This document shows, one piece after another, positions 43,277-51,370 of a DNA stretch of 64,000 nucleotides. The position numbers and the translations under genes were made by a program. The DNA is taken from contig CAWHAE010000009.1 in assembly GCA_963827235.1 (NCBI GenBank), positions 992,001 through 1,056,000 on the forward strand, in the 5' to 3' direction. The notes beneath the pieces are model-generated. The model saw nothing but the letters and a program-made list of their open reading frames with translations, did not search any database and was not told the DNA's origin. Origin of the DNA: an uncultured bacterium. Its GTDB lineage: Bacteria; Chloroflexota; UBA5177; JANWHV01. The first letter of the stretch is position 1. Each line of letters starts with the position of its first letter.

Positions 43277-43477
43277 CTATGAGTGGTGAATGGCGCGTCT
43301 GAGGCTGATGCCGAGGAAAACGAGGACGACGAGCGGGAGGATCCACCAGACAGAGAGGTGGTGGTGGGCCAGGACGCCGATCACGGCCAGCGCGACCACG
43401 ACGGCGGCGGCGCTCGTCCAGTCATCGCCGATGATGAAGTCGTACCAGAACAGGGCGAAGTTCTTCACGAAGGGCAT
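43277..43477 (-). CDS. Small membrane protein (FWYDFIIGDDW motif)
   Basis: Two TM segments; directly follows the COG4280-type gene. Confidence 0.75.
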   Translation of the reverse strand: MPFVKNFALFWYDFIIGDDWTSAAAVVVALAVIGVLAHHHLSVWWILPLVVLVFLGISLRRAIHHS

Positions 43478-43487
43478 GGGCAATCTC

Positions 43488-44234
43488 CTATGCCGCCGCG
43501 CCGAGCACCAGGGCATGCCGGCGCTCGAGGACACGCACGAGAGCCAGGGAGGCCAGGGCGTACAGGGCCAGGATGCCGAGGATAGCGCCGTCTGAGCCGG
43601 GCCAATCGGCGCCGGCGCCCTCGGTCGACCAGAATGTGCCAAAGGTGCAGAGCATCAGACCAACGGCGAACTTGAGTGTATTCTCCGGCACGCGGCTGAG
43701 CGGCGCGTGCACGGCAACGCCGGCAGTCAGCACGATGACCAGGGCCGCCACGGCGCCGAAGGTGGCCAACCAAATGTTGCCGGCACTGGCGCCGAAGGTG
43801 ACCACGATGAAGGCCACTTCCAGGCCTTCGAGCAGCACGCCCTTGAAGCACAGCGTGAAGGCATACCAGTCCAGCCCAGCGCGCAGCTCGGTGCCGGTGT
43901 TGAGTGCGGCGGCGCGCTGGCGCTCAAAGATGGCCGCTTCGTCGTGAATCGCCTTGTAGCCGCTGGCCCGCAGGATTGCCTTGCGCAGCCATTGGAGGCC
44001 AAAGGTCAGGAGGAGCGCGCCGACGACCAGGCGCAGCGCGTCGATGGGGATGACGGTGAGGGCGGGTCCGAGCACGGCCACGATCACGGACAGCACGGCG
44101 AGGCCCGCCGCCACGCCGACGAGCGAGGAGCGCCAGCCGCGTGTGAGGCCGGCGGCCAACACGATCGTAAGCGCTTCTACCATCTCCACGGCCGAGGCCA
44201 GGAAGCTGGAGAAGAACAGAAACAGGTTACTCAT
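43488..44234 (-). CDS. COG4280 / TMEM165-GDT1-like membrane protein
   Basis: Two internal repeats VEMVEA and LEGLEV; WLRKAILR and PLSRVPEN.LKF. Confidence 0.85.
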   Translation of the reverse strand: MSNLFLFFSSFLASAVEMVEALTIVLAAGLTRGWRSSLVGVAAGLAVLSVIVAVLGPALTVIPIDALRLVVGALLLTFGLQWLRKAILRASGYKAIHDEAAIFERQRAAALNTGTELRAGLDWYAFTLCFKGVLLEGLEVAFIVVTFGASAGNIWLATFGAVAALVIVLTAGVAVHAPLSRVPENTLKFAVGLMLCTFGTFWSTEGAGADWPGSDGAILGILALYALASLALVRVLERRHALVLGAAA

Positions 44235-44334
44235 ACACGCAGCGCTCCATCGGCATCACGATAACAGACCGGGGCGCTACTCGCCGGCCGGCAAGACCGC
44301 GAGTGCCGCCTACCACCGTCAGCCATGATACGGT

Positions 44335-44346
44335 TAACAGCTGTTA
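44335..44346. promoter_or_regulatory. Palindromic operator in the COG4280 promoter
   Basis: TAACAGCTGTTA lies between minus-strand TTGCAC (44349-44354) and TATCAT (44325-44330). Confidence 0.45.
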
Positions 44347-44422
44347 CAGTGCAATGACTGCTACGCCGGCTATGCGTGGTATGCCGCGCGTGTGAAGCCG
44401 GTTTCCGGGCTGTGTGGTGCAT

Positions 44423-44451
44423 AACGGACCTGCAAACGGACCTGCAAACGG
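44423..44451. repeat. 12-bp tandem repeat
   Basis: AACGGACCTGCA twice plus AACGG. Confidence 0.8.
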
Positions 44452-44655
44452 CCCGGCTTGAGGGTGCACGGCGTACGCGGCCGGGCGTGCGATGGGAGGC
44501 ATCCCAGTCTGCCGCTTGCTCTTGCCGTGGCCATGGGCGTCAGGTGCGCGGCATACGGCCGGCTAGCGATTCCATTGTTCCATCCGCCAGGGCGGTAGCG
44601 GCAGATACTCCGGCAGCGGCTACAATTCCGCCATCCGCCGTCGGCAATGTTTTCC

Positions 44656-44710
44656 TTGACAAAGGCAATTCTCGTGCTATGCTGGGCATGATTCTAGAAC
44701 ATATGTACTA
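44656..44710 (+). promoter_or_regulatory. sigma70 promoter plus LexA (SOS) box for the phage-like operon
   Basis: TTGACA-16 bp-(TG.)TATGCT, then TAGAACATATGTACTA (GAAC-N4-GTAC, one mismatch to GAAC-N4-GTTC), then GGAGG RBS. Confidence 0.75.
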
Positions 44711-44725
44711 ATAACTGGAGGCAGG

Positions 44726-46423
44726 ATGGGGACTCGGTGGATGACCGAAGGTGCCAGAGCGCTAGCAGCGAACGGGGCGGACGGCACGGCAGTCTCCGAG
44801 CGGCTGGCGGAGGGGCAGTTCGACCCGACGGCGAATGCGACGTTCCCGATGCAGGAGGACTACTACTGGGGCCGGCTGGGCGCGGGCATGGAGGAGGACT
44901 ACTACTGGCGGCGCCTCTCCGACAACTGGTACCAGAAGGACGTCATCCCCAGCACGTACCTCGAGATCCACAACCAGTGCTACGAGCAGTTCAACGCGAA
45001 CCCGATTGCCGGCTACCTGGTGGAGATGATCACCAACTTCGTGCTGGGCACGGGGATCAGCGTGACGGCGGCGAACAAGAAGGTGCAGAAGCTGGTCGAC
45101 GCCTTCTGGGAGGACCCGGACAACCACATGGCGACGCGGGTGTACAGCCTGTGCACGGAGCTCTCGCTGTACGGGGAGCAGTTCGTGCGCTTCTTCGTGA
45201 ACCCGTTCAGCGGGCAGGTGAAGGTGGCGCAGATCGACCCCAGCCTGATCGACCAGATCGAGACGGACCCGGACAACATCGAGCGGACGATTCGGTTCCA
45301 CCAGCGGCCGGTGGGGCCGGGCGGGGCGATGTGGAGCGCCACGGCGCCGATCGGCGGGGTGCAGCCGCCGGCACCGACGTTGGAGCCGACGGGAGCGAGC
45401 TATCCGGGCGACGCGGTGATGGCGGGCAAGTGGTTCGCCGCGGGCACGGAGGTGGTGCAGTTCAAGATCAACTCGGTCAGCAACGCGAAGCGGGGCAAGA
45501 GCGACCTGGCGACGCTGCTGCCCTGGCTGCGGCGGTACCGGGATTGGCTGACCGACCGGGTGCGCATCAACAAGTACAAGGGCGCCTTCCTGTGGGACAT
45601 CAAGCTGGCGGGGGCGGACGCGAAGACGATCGACCGCAAGCGGATGCAGTACGCCTACGCGCCGGAGCCGGGGAGCATCGTGGTGCACAACGAGTCGGAG
45701 ACGTGGACGGCGGTGCAGCCGATGATCCATGCCGACGAGGTGGAGGCGGACGGGCGGGCGATCAAGATGATGATTGCCATGGGGGCTGGCGTGCCCGAGC
45801 ACTATCTCGGTGAAGGCGGGAACACGAACCGGGCGACGGCGAGCGAGATGGGGCTGCCGACCTTCCGCAAGTTCGAGCGGCGGCAGGACACGTTCGGGCT
45901 GCTGCTGCGGGCGATTCTGGACCGGGTGCTGGAGGAGGCGGTGAAGGCGGGGAAGCTGGGGGCGTCGGCGGACAAGAGCTACCAGATCATCTTCCCGGAG
46001 CTGGTGCCGAGCGACAACAAGGACCTGGCGACGGCGGGCAGCCAGATCATGTCCGCCCTGCTGGCGGCGAACCAGGCGGGGTGGATCAGCCGGGAGACGG
46101 GGATGCGGCTGTTCTTCGGCATGATCGGGCAGAACGTGGACGTGGCGGAGGAGATGGGGCGTGTGGCCTCGGAAGGAGTGAGCGCGGATGCTGGATGGAA
46201 CGACGGTGGTGCAGTCGGTGGCGGGGACGGTGGTTCCCGCGGAGAACCAGGGGACAAGCAAGTCCGTGGCAGGGGCGAGTACGGGCGGGGCGGGGTCGAC
46301 GAGCGAGCGCGAGGTAGCGGCGGCGGCGCGGTTCCTGGGGCGGGGGCTGGTGGACGTGCTGGTGCTGCTGCTGGCCGTGGTGCTGCTGGGACTCCTTCTG
46401 TACCTGGTGGTAGCGGCGATTAG
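44726..46423 (+). CDS. Phage portal protein; the Gly-rich tail after about 46180 is probably spurious read-through
   Basis: NPIA..LVE..TNFVLG.G, ELSLYGEQF, RGKSDL..LL.WL, GVPEHYL..G.TNRATA and FPEL motifs. Confidence 0.8.
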   Translation: MGTRWMTEGARALAANGADGTAVSERLAEGQFDPTANATFPMQEDYYWGRLGAGMEEDYYWRRLSDNWYQKDVIPSTYLEIHNQCYEQFNANPIAGYLVEMITNFVLGTGISVTAANKKVQKLVDAFWEDPDNHMATRVYSLCTELSLYGEQFVRFFVNPFSGQVKVAQIDPSLIDQIETDPDNIERTIRFHQRPVGPGGAMWSATAPIGGVQPPAPTLEPTGASYPGDAVMAGKWFAAGTEVVQFKINSVSNAKRGKSDLATLLPWLRRYRDWLTDRVRINKYKGAFLWDIKLAGADAKTIDRKRMQYAYAPEPGSIVVHNESETWTAVQPMIHADEVEADGRAIKMMIAMGAGVPEHYLGEGGNTNRATASEMGLPTFRKFERRQDTFGLLLRAILDRVLEEAVKAGKLGASADKSYQIIFPELVPSDNKDLATAGSQIMSALLAANQAGWISRETGMRLFFGMIGQNVDVAEEMGRVASEGVSADAGWNDGGAVGGGDGGSRGEPGDKQVRGRGEYGRGGVDERARGSGGGAVPGAGAGGRAGAAAGRGAAGTPSVPGGSGD

Positions 46424-46553
46424 CTTCGAGAGCGCGCTGGCCAAGGACTGGGTGGAGGCGATCAGCAAGCAGTTGGCGTTCCCGGTGGTGGGGCTGCTGG
46501 TGTACAGCGCGGGCCTGATCACGAAGCGGCCGGAGTGGGCCGGTGGTGAGTAG
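46188..46553 (+). CDS. Two-TM membrane protein, possible holin
   Basis: RBS AAGGAG; two hydrophobic helices; same operon as the lysin. Confidence 0.55.
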   Translation: MLDGTTVVQSVAGTVVPAENQGTSKSVAGASTGGAGSTSEREVAAAARFLGRGLVDVLVLLLAVVLLGLLLYLVVAAISFESALAKDWVEAISKQLAFPVVGLLVYSAGLITKRPEWAGGE

Positions 46554-46845
46554 CGTGGCGACGCCGGCAGGGGCCGGTTGTGAGGCGGGCACACCGGACT
46601 CCTATCAGCGTGAGCAGTCGGTGTTCACGGACCTGGTGAACGAGATGGACCGGGCGCGGAGATTGCACCGGGACATGACGTCGCCGCACGAGGCGATCGC
46701 GGTGATCCGGGAGGAGTACCTGGAGGCGGAGCGGGAGGTCTTCCAGAAGCACGTCGACCGGGCGAAGCTGCGCAAGGAGCTGATCCAGACGGCGAACGTG
46801 TGCCTGCGGGCGGTGATCGACCTGCGGCTCGAGCCGGGGTCATAG
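46543..46845 (+). CDS. MazG-like all-alpha NTP pyrophosphohydrolase-type phage protein
   Basis: HEAIAVIREEYLE...ELIQTANV matches the EExxE...E.xQ pattern. Confidence 0.6.
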   Translation: MVSSVATPAGAGCEAGTPDSYQREQSVFTDLVNEMDRARRLHRDMTSPHEAIAVIREEYLEAEREVFQKHVDRAKLRKELIQTANVCLRAVIDLRLEPGS

Positions 46846-46848
46846 CGC

Positions 46849-48561
46849 ATGCCACGAAAGAACTCGTATGTGACCGTGACGGATCTCTTCTGCGGCGCCG
46901 GCGGCAGCTCGATCGGCGTGCGGGCGGCCGGGGCGGAGCTGAAGCTGGGCCTGAACCACTGGCGCAAGGCGATCGAGACACACAGCACGAACTTCCCGGA
47001 GGCGATGCACGAGGTGTGCGACGTGCGTTCGACCGACCCGCGGCGGTACCCGTCGACGGACGTGCTGATCGCCTCGCCGGAGTGTACGGCGCACACCCTG
47101 GCGAAGGGCAGGCGCCGGAAGAACATCGCGCAGCAGGATCTGTTCGGCAAGGACGGCCTCGACCCGGCAGAGGAACGGTCGCGAGTGACCATGTGGGACG
47201 TGCCGCGGTTTGCGGAGTACCACCAATACAACCTGGTGATCGTCGAGAACGTGGTGGACGCGCGGCTCTACTGGCGGCCGTTCGACGCGTGGCTGCAGAG
47301 CATGGCCTGCCTGGGCTACAGCCATCAGCTCGTGTTCTTCAACAGCATGTTTGCCCATCCGACGCCGCAGAGTCGCGATCGGCTCTACGTGGTGTTCCAC
47401 CGGACGGGCAGCAAGGCGCCGGATCTGCGCATCACGCCGCGTGCCTGGTGCTTCCAGTGCGGTCGCGATGTGGCGAGCGTGCAGGCATGGAAGAACCCGC
47501 AGCGCCGCTGGGGCAAGTACGGCAAGCGGAACCAGTACCTCTACTGCTGCCCGGTGTGCGCCAGGGTGATGGAGCCGTACTACTTCGCCGCCGCGAACGC
47601 GATCGACTGGTCGTTGAAGGGCGAGCGCATCGGCGATCGCAGGGTGCCGCTCAAGGAGAAGACGCTGGAGCGCATCCGCTATGGCCTGGCCAAGTTCAGC
47701 CGGCCGTACATCGTGGGTCTTGACCATGGCGGTGAGTCAGGCAAGTGCTACGACCCGCTGGACCCCTTCCGCACCCAGACGGCTCGCGACAACACGGCAC
47801 TGGTCGAGCCGTTCATCGCGGAGCTGCGCGCGCACAAACACGCCAGCGGCATGGATGAGCCGCTCTCAACGCTCTGTGCCGGCGGCGGCCATCACGGTTT
47901 GGTGGTGCCGGCAGGGGGCACCTGGAACCTGGAGGCGCGGTCGACGGACGAGGCGATGCCGACCATGACCACGCGGGATGCCTACGGCGTGGCGTTCCTG
48001 GCATCGACGAACTACTTCAAGACGAGCCACGGCGTGGGGGAGCCGATGCCGACTCAGGTGACTGAGATCCAGCACGGCCTGGTCGAAGGTCCGCGGCCGT
48101 TCCTGATCTCGCACTACGGCGGCCGGCACGCCACGCACGACATCGGCGACGCGCTGCCCACGCAGCCAGGGTGGCCGATCCACGCGCTGATCATGGGTCA
48201 GCAGGGTGGCGCGGTAGCGCGGCCGGCGAGTCGCGAGCTGCCCACTGTTTCCACCGGAGGCGCCATCAGTCTGCTCGTGTCGTACACCCGGACAGGCAGC
48301 GCGCATCCGGTGGAGGAACCATTCCACACCGTGCATACGCACGACGGAGAGGCACTGCTTGAGGGGCGGGGCATTCCGGAGGTCGACGATTGCACGTTCC
48401 GCATGCTCAAGCCGCACGAGATCCAGCGGGCGATGGCGTTCCCGGAGGATTACCGGGTCTTGGGCACGGAGCGGGACAAGGTGAAGCAATTGGGGAATGC
48501 CGTCACGCCGCCGGTCATGTCGTTGCTGTTCGAGCGCGCCGTGGCGACGTTGGCAGGCTAG
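46849..48561 (+). CDS. Phage-type C5-cytosine DNA methyltransferase with a repetitive variable region
   Basis: DLFCGAGG (I), SPEC (IV), ENV (VI), QSRDR (VIII), R.MAFP (IX), GNAV (X). Confidence 0.93.
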   Translation: MPRKNSYVTVTDLFCGAGGSSIGVRAAGAELKLGLNHWRKAIETHSTNFPEAMHEVCDVRSTDPRRYPSTDVLIASPECTAHTLAKGRRRKNIAQQDLFGKDGLDPAEERSRVTMWDVPRFAEYHQYNLVIVENVVDARLYWRPFDAWLQSMACLGYSHQLVFFNSMFAHPTPQSRDRLYVVFHRTGSKAPDLRITPRAWCFQCGRDVASVQAWKNPQRRWGKYGKRNQYLYCCPVCARVMEPYYFAAANAIDWSLKGERIGDRRVPLKEKTLERIRYGLAKFSRPYIVGLDHGGESGKCYDPLDPFRTQTARDNTALVEPFIAELRAHKHASGMDEPLSTLCAGGGHHGLVVPAGGTWNLEARSTDEAMPTMTTRDAYGVAFLASTNYFKTSHGVGEPMPTQVTEIQHGLVEGPRPFLISHYGGRHATHDIGDALPTQPGWPIHALIMGQQGGAVARPASRELPTVSTGGAISLLVSYTRTGSAHPVEEPFHTVHTHDGEALLEGRGIPEVDDCTFRMLKPHEIQRAMAFPEDYRVLGTERDKVKQLGNAVTPPVMSLLFERAVATLAG

Positions 48562-48565
48562 AGCG

Positions 48566-49069
48566 GTGCTCGATGTTGTGCCGCTGACGCTGGCGCAGGC
48601 GAACGAGCTCGTGGTGCGGCTGAGCAGGCACCATGGGCCGGCGTGGGGACACCGCTGGAGCATCGGGGTGCAGGCGGATGGCCGGCTGGTGGGCGCCGCG
48701 GTTGCCGGCCGTCCGGTGTCGCGGATTCTGGACGATGGCCGCACGGTCGAGGTGACGCGGCTGGTCAGCGACGGCACGCCGAACGCCTGCAGTTGCCTGC
48801 TGGGGGCCATGGTGCGCATCGCGCGGGCCATGGGCTACGAGAAGGTGATTACCTACACGCTGCAGACGGAGGGCGGTGCCAGCCTGCGGGCGGCGGGCTG
48901 GACGGTGGCGGCGGTGGCCACGCGAGTGCGCACGTGGGACACGCCCTGCCGGCCGCGGCAGCATCACGAGCACGAGGACACGCCCAAGGTGCGATGGGAA
49001 TGCCAGCTCAAGCCGGCGGCGAAGCGGGCGCCGCGGCACAGGCCGGTGTTCGGTGAGAGTGAAGTCTGA
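48566..49069 (+). CDS. XF1762-family / Mom-like GNAT-fold protein
   Basis: AN..V...RHH, VG.A..GRPV.R.LDDG.T.EVTRL, NACS.L.G and ITYT..E.G.SLRAAGW. Confidence 0.8.
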   Translation: MLDVVPLTLAQANELVVRLSRHHGPAWGHRWSIGVQADGRLVGAAVAGRPVSRILDDGRTVEVTRLVSDGTPNACSCLLGAMVRIARAMGYEKVITYTLQTEGGASLRAAGWTVAAVATRVRTWDTPCRPRQHHEHEDTPKVRWECQLKPAAKRAPRHRPVFGESEV

Positions 49070-49092
49070 CCCGGAGGGGTCTGGAGGAGAGG

Positions 49093-49890
49093 ATGCCCGA
49101 ACTGAAGGGGATTGACGTCTCGCAGTGGCAGGGGGCTATCGACTGGGCGATGGTGCAGGCGGACGGGTATAGCTTCGCGGTGGTCAAGGCGACGGAGGGA
49201 CTGTCGCTGGTGGACCCGGAGTTCGCCGCCAACTGGGCGGGGGCGAAGGCGGCGGGGCTGGTGAGGGGGGCCTATCACTTCTGCCGGCCGGAGCTGGGGA
49301 ACGCGCGGCAGCAGGCACAGCACGTCGTGAACACGGTGGGGACGCTGGAGGCGGGGGACATCCTGGCGCTGGACCTGGAGACGCCGGCGGGGACGGTCGA
49401 CCAGTCGGCGTTCGCGCTGGACTGCGCGGGCATGGTGGCGAAGCTGGCGGGCTTCCCGCCGCTGCTCTACTGCAGCCAGGATTGGGCGAGGAACCGGCTG
49501 ACGGATGCGGCGCTGGCGGCCTATCCGCTGTGGCTGGCGTGTCCGGGCAGCAGTTGTCCGGCCTCGATCGGGGTGTGGCCGAGCGTGGCGCTGCAGCAGG
49601 AGTCGTGGACGCTCGCGGTGCCGGGGATTGAGGGGGAGGTGGACGGGGACGAGCTGGCGCGCACGCTGGACGGGCTGCGGGCGCTGGGCAAGCCGGCGGT
49701 GAGTCTGCGGACGGTGGTGTCGTGCGCGATGAAGCCGACGCCGGACCATACGAGCCCGGCGGTGGTGCTGCTGGCGGCGGGGGCTCTCGTGGCGCCGGAC
49801 GGGCCGCAGACGACGCACTGGCTGCACTGCCACACGAGCAGCTACAGCGGCTGGCTGCTGAAGGCGGAGCTGGCGGCGGTGGCATCGTGA
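49093..49890 (+). CDS. GH25 muramidase (endolysin) with a C-terminal SH3-like domain
   Basis: GIDVSQWQG.IDW, VKATEG, GAYHF, LDLE and VPGI.G.VD motifs. Confidence 0.92.
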   Translation: MPELKGIDVSQWQGAIDWAMVQADGYSFAVVKATEGLSLVDPEFAANWAGAKAAGLVRGAYHFCRPELGNARQQAQHVVNTVGTLEAGDILALDLETPAGTVDQSAFALDCAGMVAKLAGFPPLLYCSQDWARNRLTDAALAAYPLWLACPGSSCPASIGVWPSVALQQESWTLAVPGIEGEVDGDELARTLDGLRALGKPAVSLRTVVSCAMKPTPDHTSPAVVLLAAGALVAPDGPQTTHWLHCHTSSYSGWLLKAELAAVAS

Positions 49891-50396
49891 TCGTGCCGAG
49901 GCATCCCTGGCCCAAGCTGAGCGAGACGCTGCCGTACCCGCGCGACCCGCGGCGGTGCCAGGCGTGCGGGGCGGTGGGGGACGGCAACCGGGTGCCCAGA
50001 GACGGCGCAGCGTGTCTGCCGGCGCTGCACCGCTGGCGGGAGCATGACGAGGCGGACCGGCCCACGGCGGTGGTGGTCGTGCTGTGCGCGGGGTGCAGCG
50101 ACAGGATGATCGGGCCACATCCGCGGCTGTACAGCCGGCTGCACGACTTCGAGCCGGTGCCGGGCAGCATGGCGCTGTGCGAGGAGTGCGCGTGCCGGGA
50201 TGGCCTGCGCTGCACGCACGGCGACCTGAAGGCCAACGGCGGCGGTGGGTTGGCGGTCAGCGTGGCGAAGCCGCACGTGGCCATCCTCTGCTCGAGGGGC
50301 GGCACGCAGCACGGCTGCCGGCAGATGGTGATCTGGCCGTCGGCGCCGACCGGTTGCAGGGGCCGCAGCGTGGCGGTGCGCGAGGCCGCGGGCTAG
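49887..50396 (+). CDS. Cys-rich hypothetical phage protein
   Basis: GTGA coupling; CQAC, W.EHD, LCAGC and CEEC motifs (Zn-binding/HNH-like). Confidence 0.65.
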   Translation: MIVPRHPWPKLSETLPYPRDPRRCQACGAVGDGNRVPRDGAACLPALHRWREHDEADRPTAVVVVLCAGCSDRMIGPHPRLYSRLHDFEPVPGSMALCEECACRDGLRCTHGDLKANGGGGLAVSVAKPHVAILCSRGGTQHGCRQMVIWPSAPTGCRGRSVAVREAAG

Positions 50397-50476
50397 CAGC
50401 CAGCGTGCTTCGAGTCCAATACTGATAGAGTGGCTAAGGGATTGACTCTGGATGTATCATGCGGACGGAGGGTGCG

Positions 50477-50857
50477 ATGAGCGTGCGGGCGGTGGTCTCG
50501 GACCGGAGCCGGCATGAGGGCAGCGGGCACAGTGCTCGCCATGCCGGCGTCTCGCACGTGGTGGCGACGGCGGTCGCGGTGCAGGACGTGACGGCGGGGG
50601 AGTCGTCGAGCGGCTCGCGGGCGGTCTCCGGCGCCCGGGCGAGCGATGAGTTCTCGGAGTTGGGGGTGCTGCAGTCCTACGACTCGGGCAGCAACACGGC
50701 GATGGTGCAGCTGCTGGGCGCGCAGTCGAACGTGGTGGGGCCGCTCTCGGTGAACAAGGCGATCGGCTCCAGTCTGCTGGTGGCGGGTGCGCAGTGCTTG
50801 GTGGTGCTGATGGACGCCGCGAACCCGGCCGACGGGTCGCTGGTGAGCGTGTGGTGA
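50477..50857 (+). CDS. Hypothetical protein, possible OB-fold spike/baseplate-like
   Basis: RBS GGAGGG; GVLQSYD....TA.VQL...G.QCLVV pattern. Confidence 0.55.
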   Translation: MSVRAVVSDRSRHEGSGHSARHAGVSHVVATAVAVQDVTAGESSSGSRAVSGARASDEFSELGVLQSYDSGSNTAMVQLLGAQSNVVGPLSVNKAIGSSLLVAGAQCLVVLMDAANPADGSLVSVW

Positions 50858-50864
50858 GGCCGCT

Positions 50865-50926
50865 GGCTGCGGTCCCAAGCCTCCGACTGCGGTCGGATGG
50901 CAGCAGAGGGGGGACTGCGGTCCGGG
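50865..50926. repeat. REP-like hairpin, copy 3
   Basis: Hairpin TCCGAC-TGCG-GTCGGA; 50878-50904 is identical to 52212-52238. Confidence 0.75.
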
Positions 50927-50962
50927 TGAAGCGGGGTTGGTGTGAGCGGTGAGGGAGGAGTG

Positions 50963-51370
50963 ATGCCGAGACAGGTGGGTTCCCCGGTGGTGGTGGAAGG
51001 ATCGATAGTCCCGAGGGGCGATGGAGCGGCCCTGCCCGAGCCGTGGACCCGAAGCTGCCGCAAGGGGCCGCGGGGTGGGCTGAAGCGGGAGCCGCGGGTG
51101 GACGAGAGCGACCTGTACGTGCTGTTCCGGGAGCGCGGCGCCGGGCGGTATCCGTTCCTGCTGGCATGGCTGAACCGGCACGGGCTGACCTCCGGGTACG
51201 AGGTGCAGCACGCGGCACGCTTCGGGCGGGTGCTGGTGGTGGGGCAGCCGGACGGGCTCTCGCTGCCGGAGACGTGCGACACGTCGTACGTCAACGCGGA
51301 GACGGCGGACGTGCTGTTCCGCGGCCTGCCGAGCGTGCGGAGCTTCTTTGGGAGGGGGCATGGAGAGTAG
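50963..51370 (+). CDS. Hypothetical phage protein
   Basis: RBS GGAGG; overlaps the start of the protease ORF. Confidence 0.6.
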   Translation: MPRQVGSPVVVEGSIVPRGDGAALPEPWTRSCRKGPRGGLKREPRVDESDLYVLFRERGAGRYPFLLAWLNRHGLTSGYEVQHAARFGRVLVVGQPDGLSLPETCDTSYVNAETADVLFRGLPSVRSFFGRGHGE

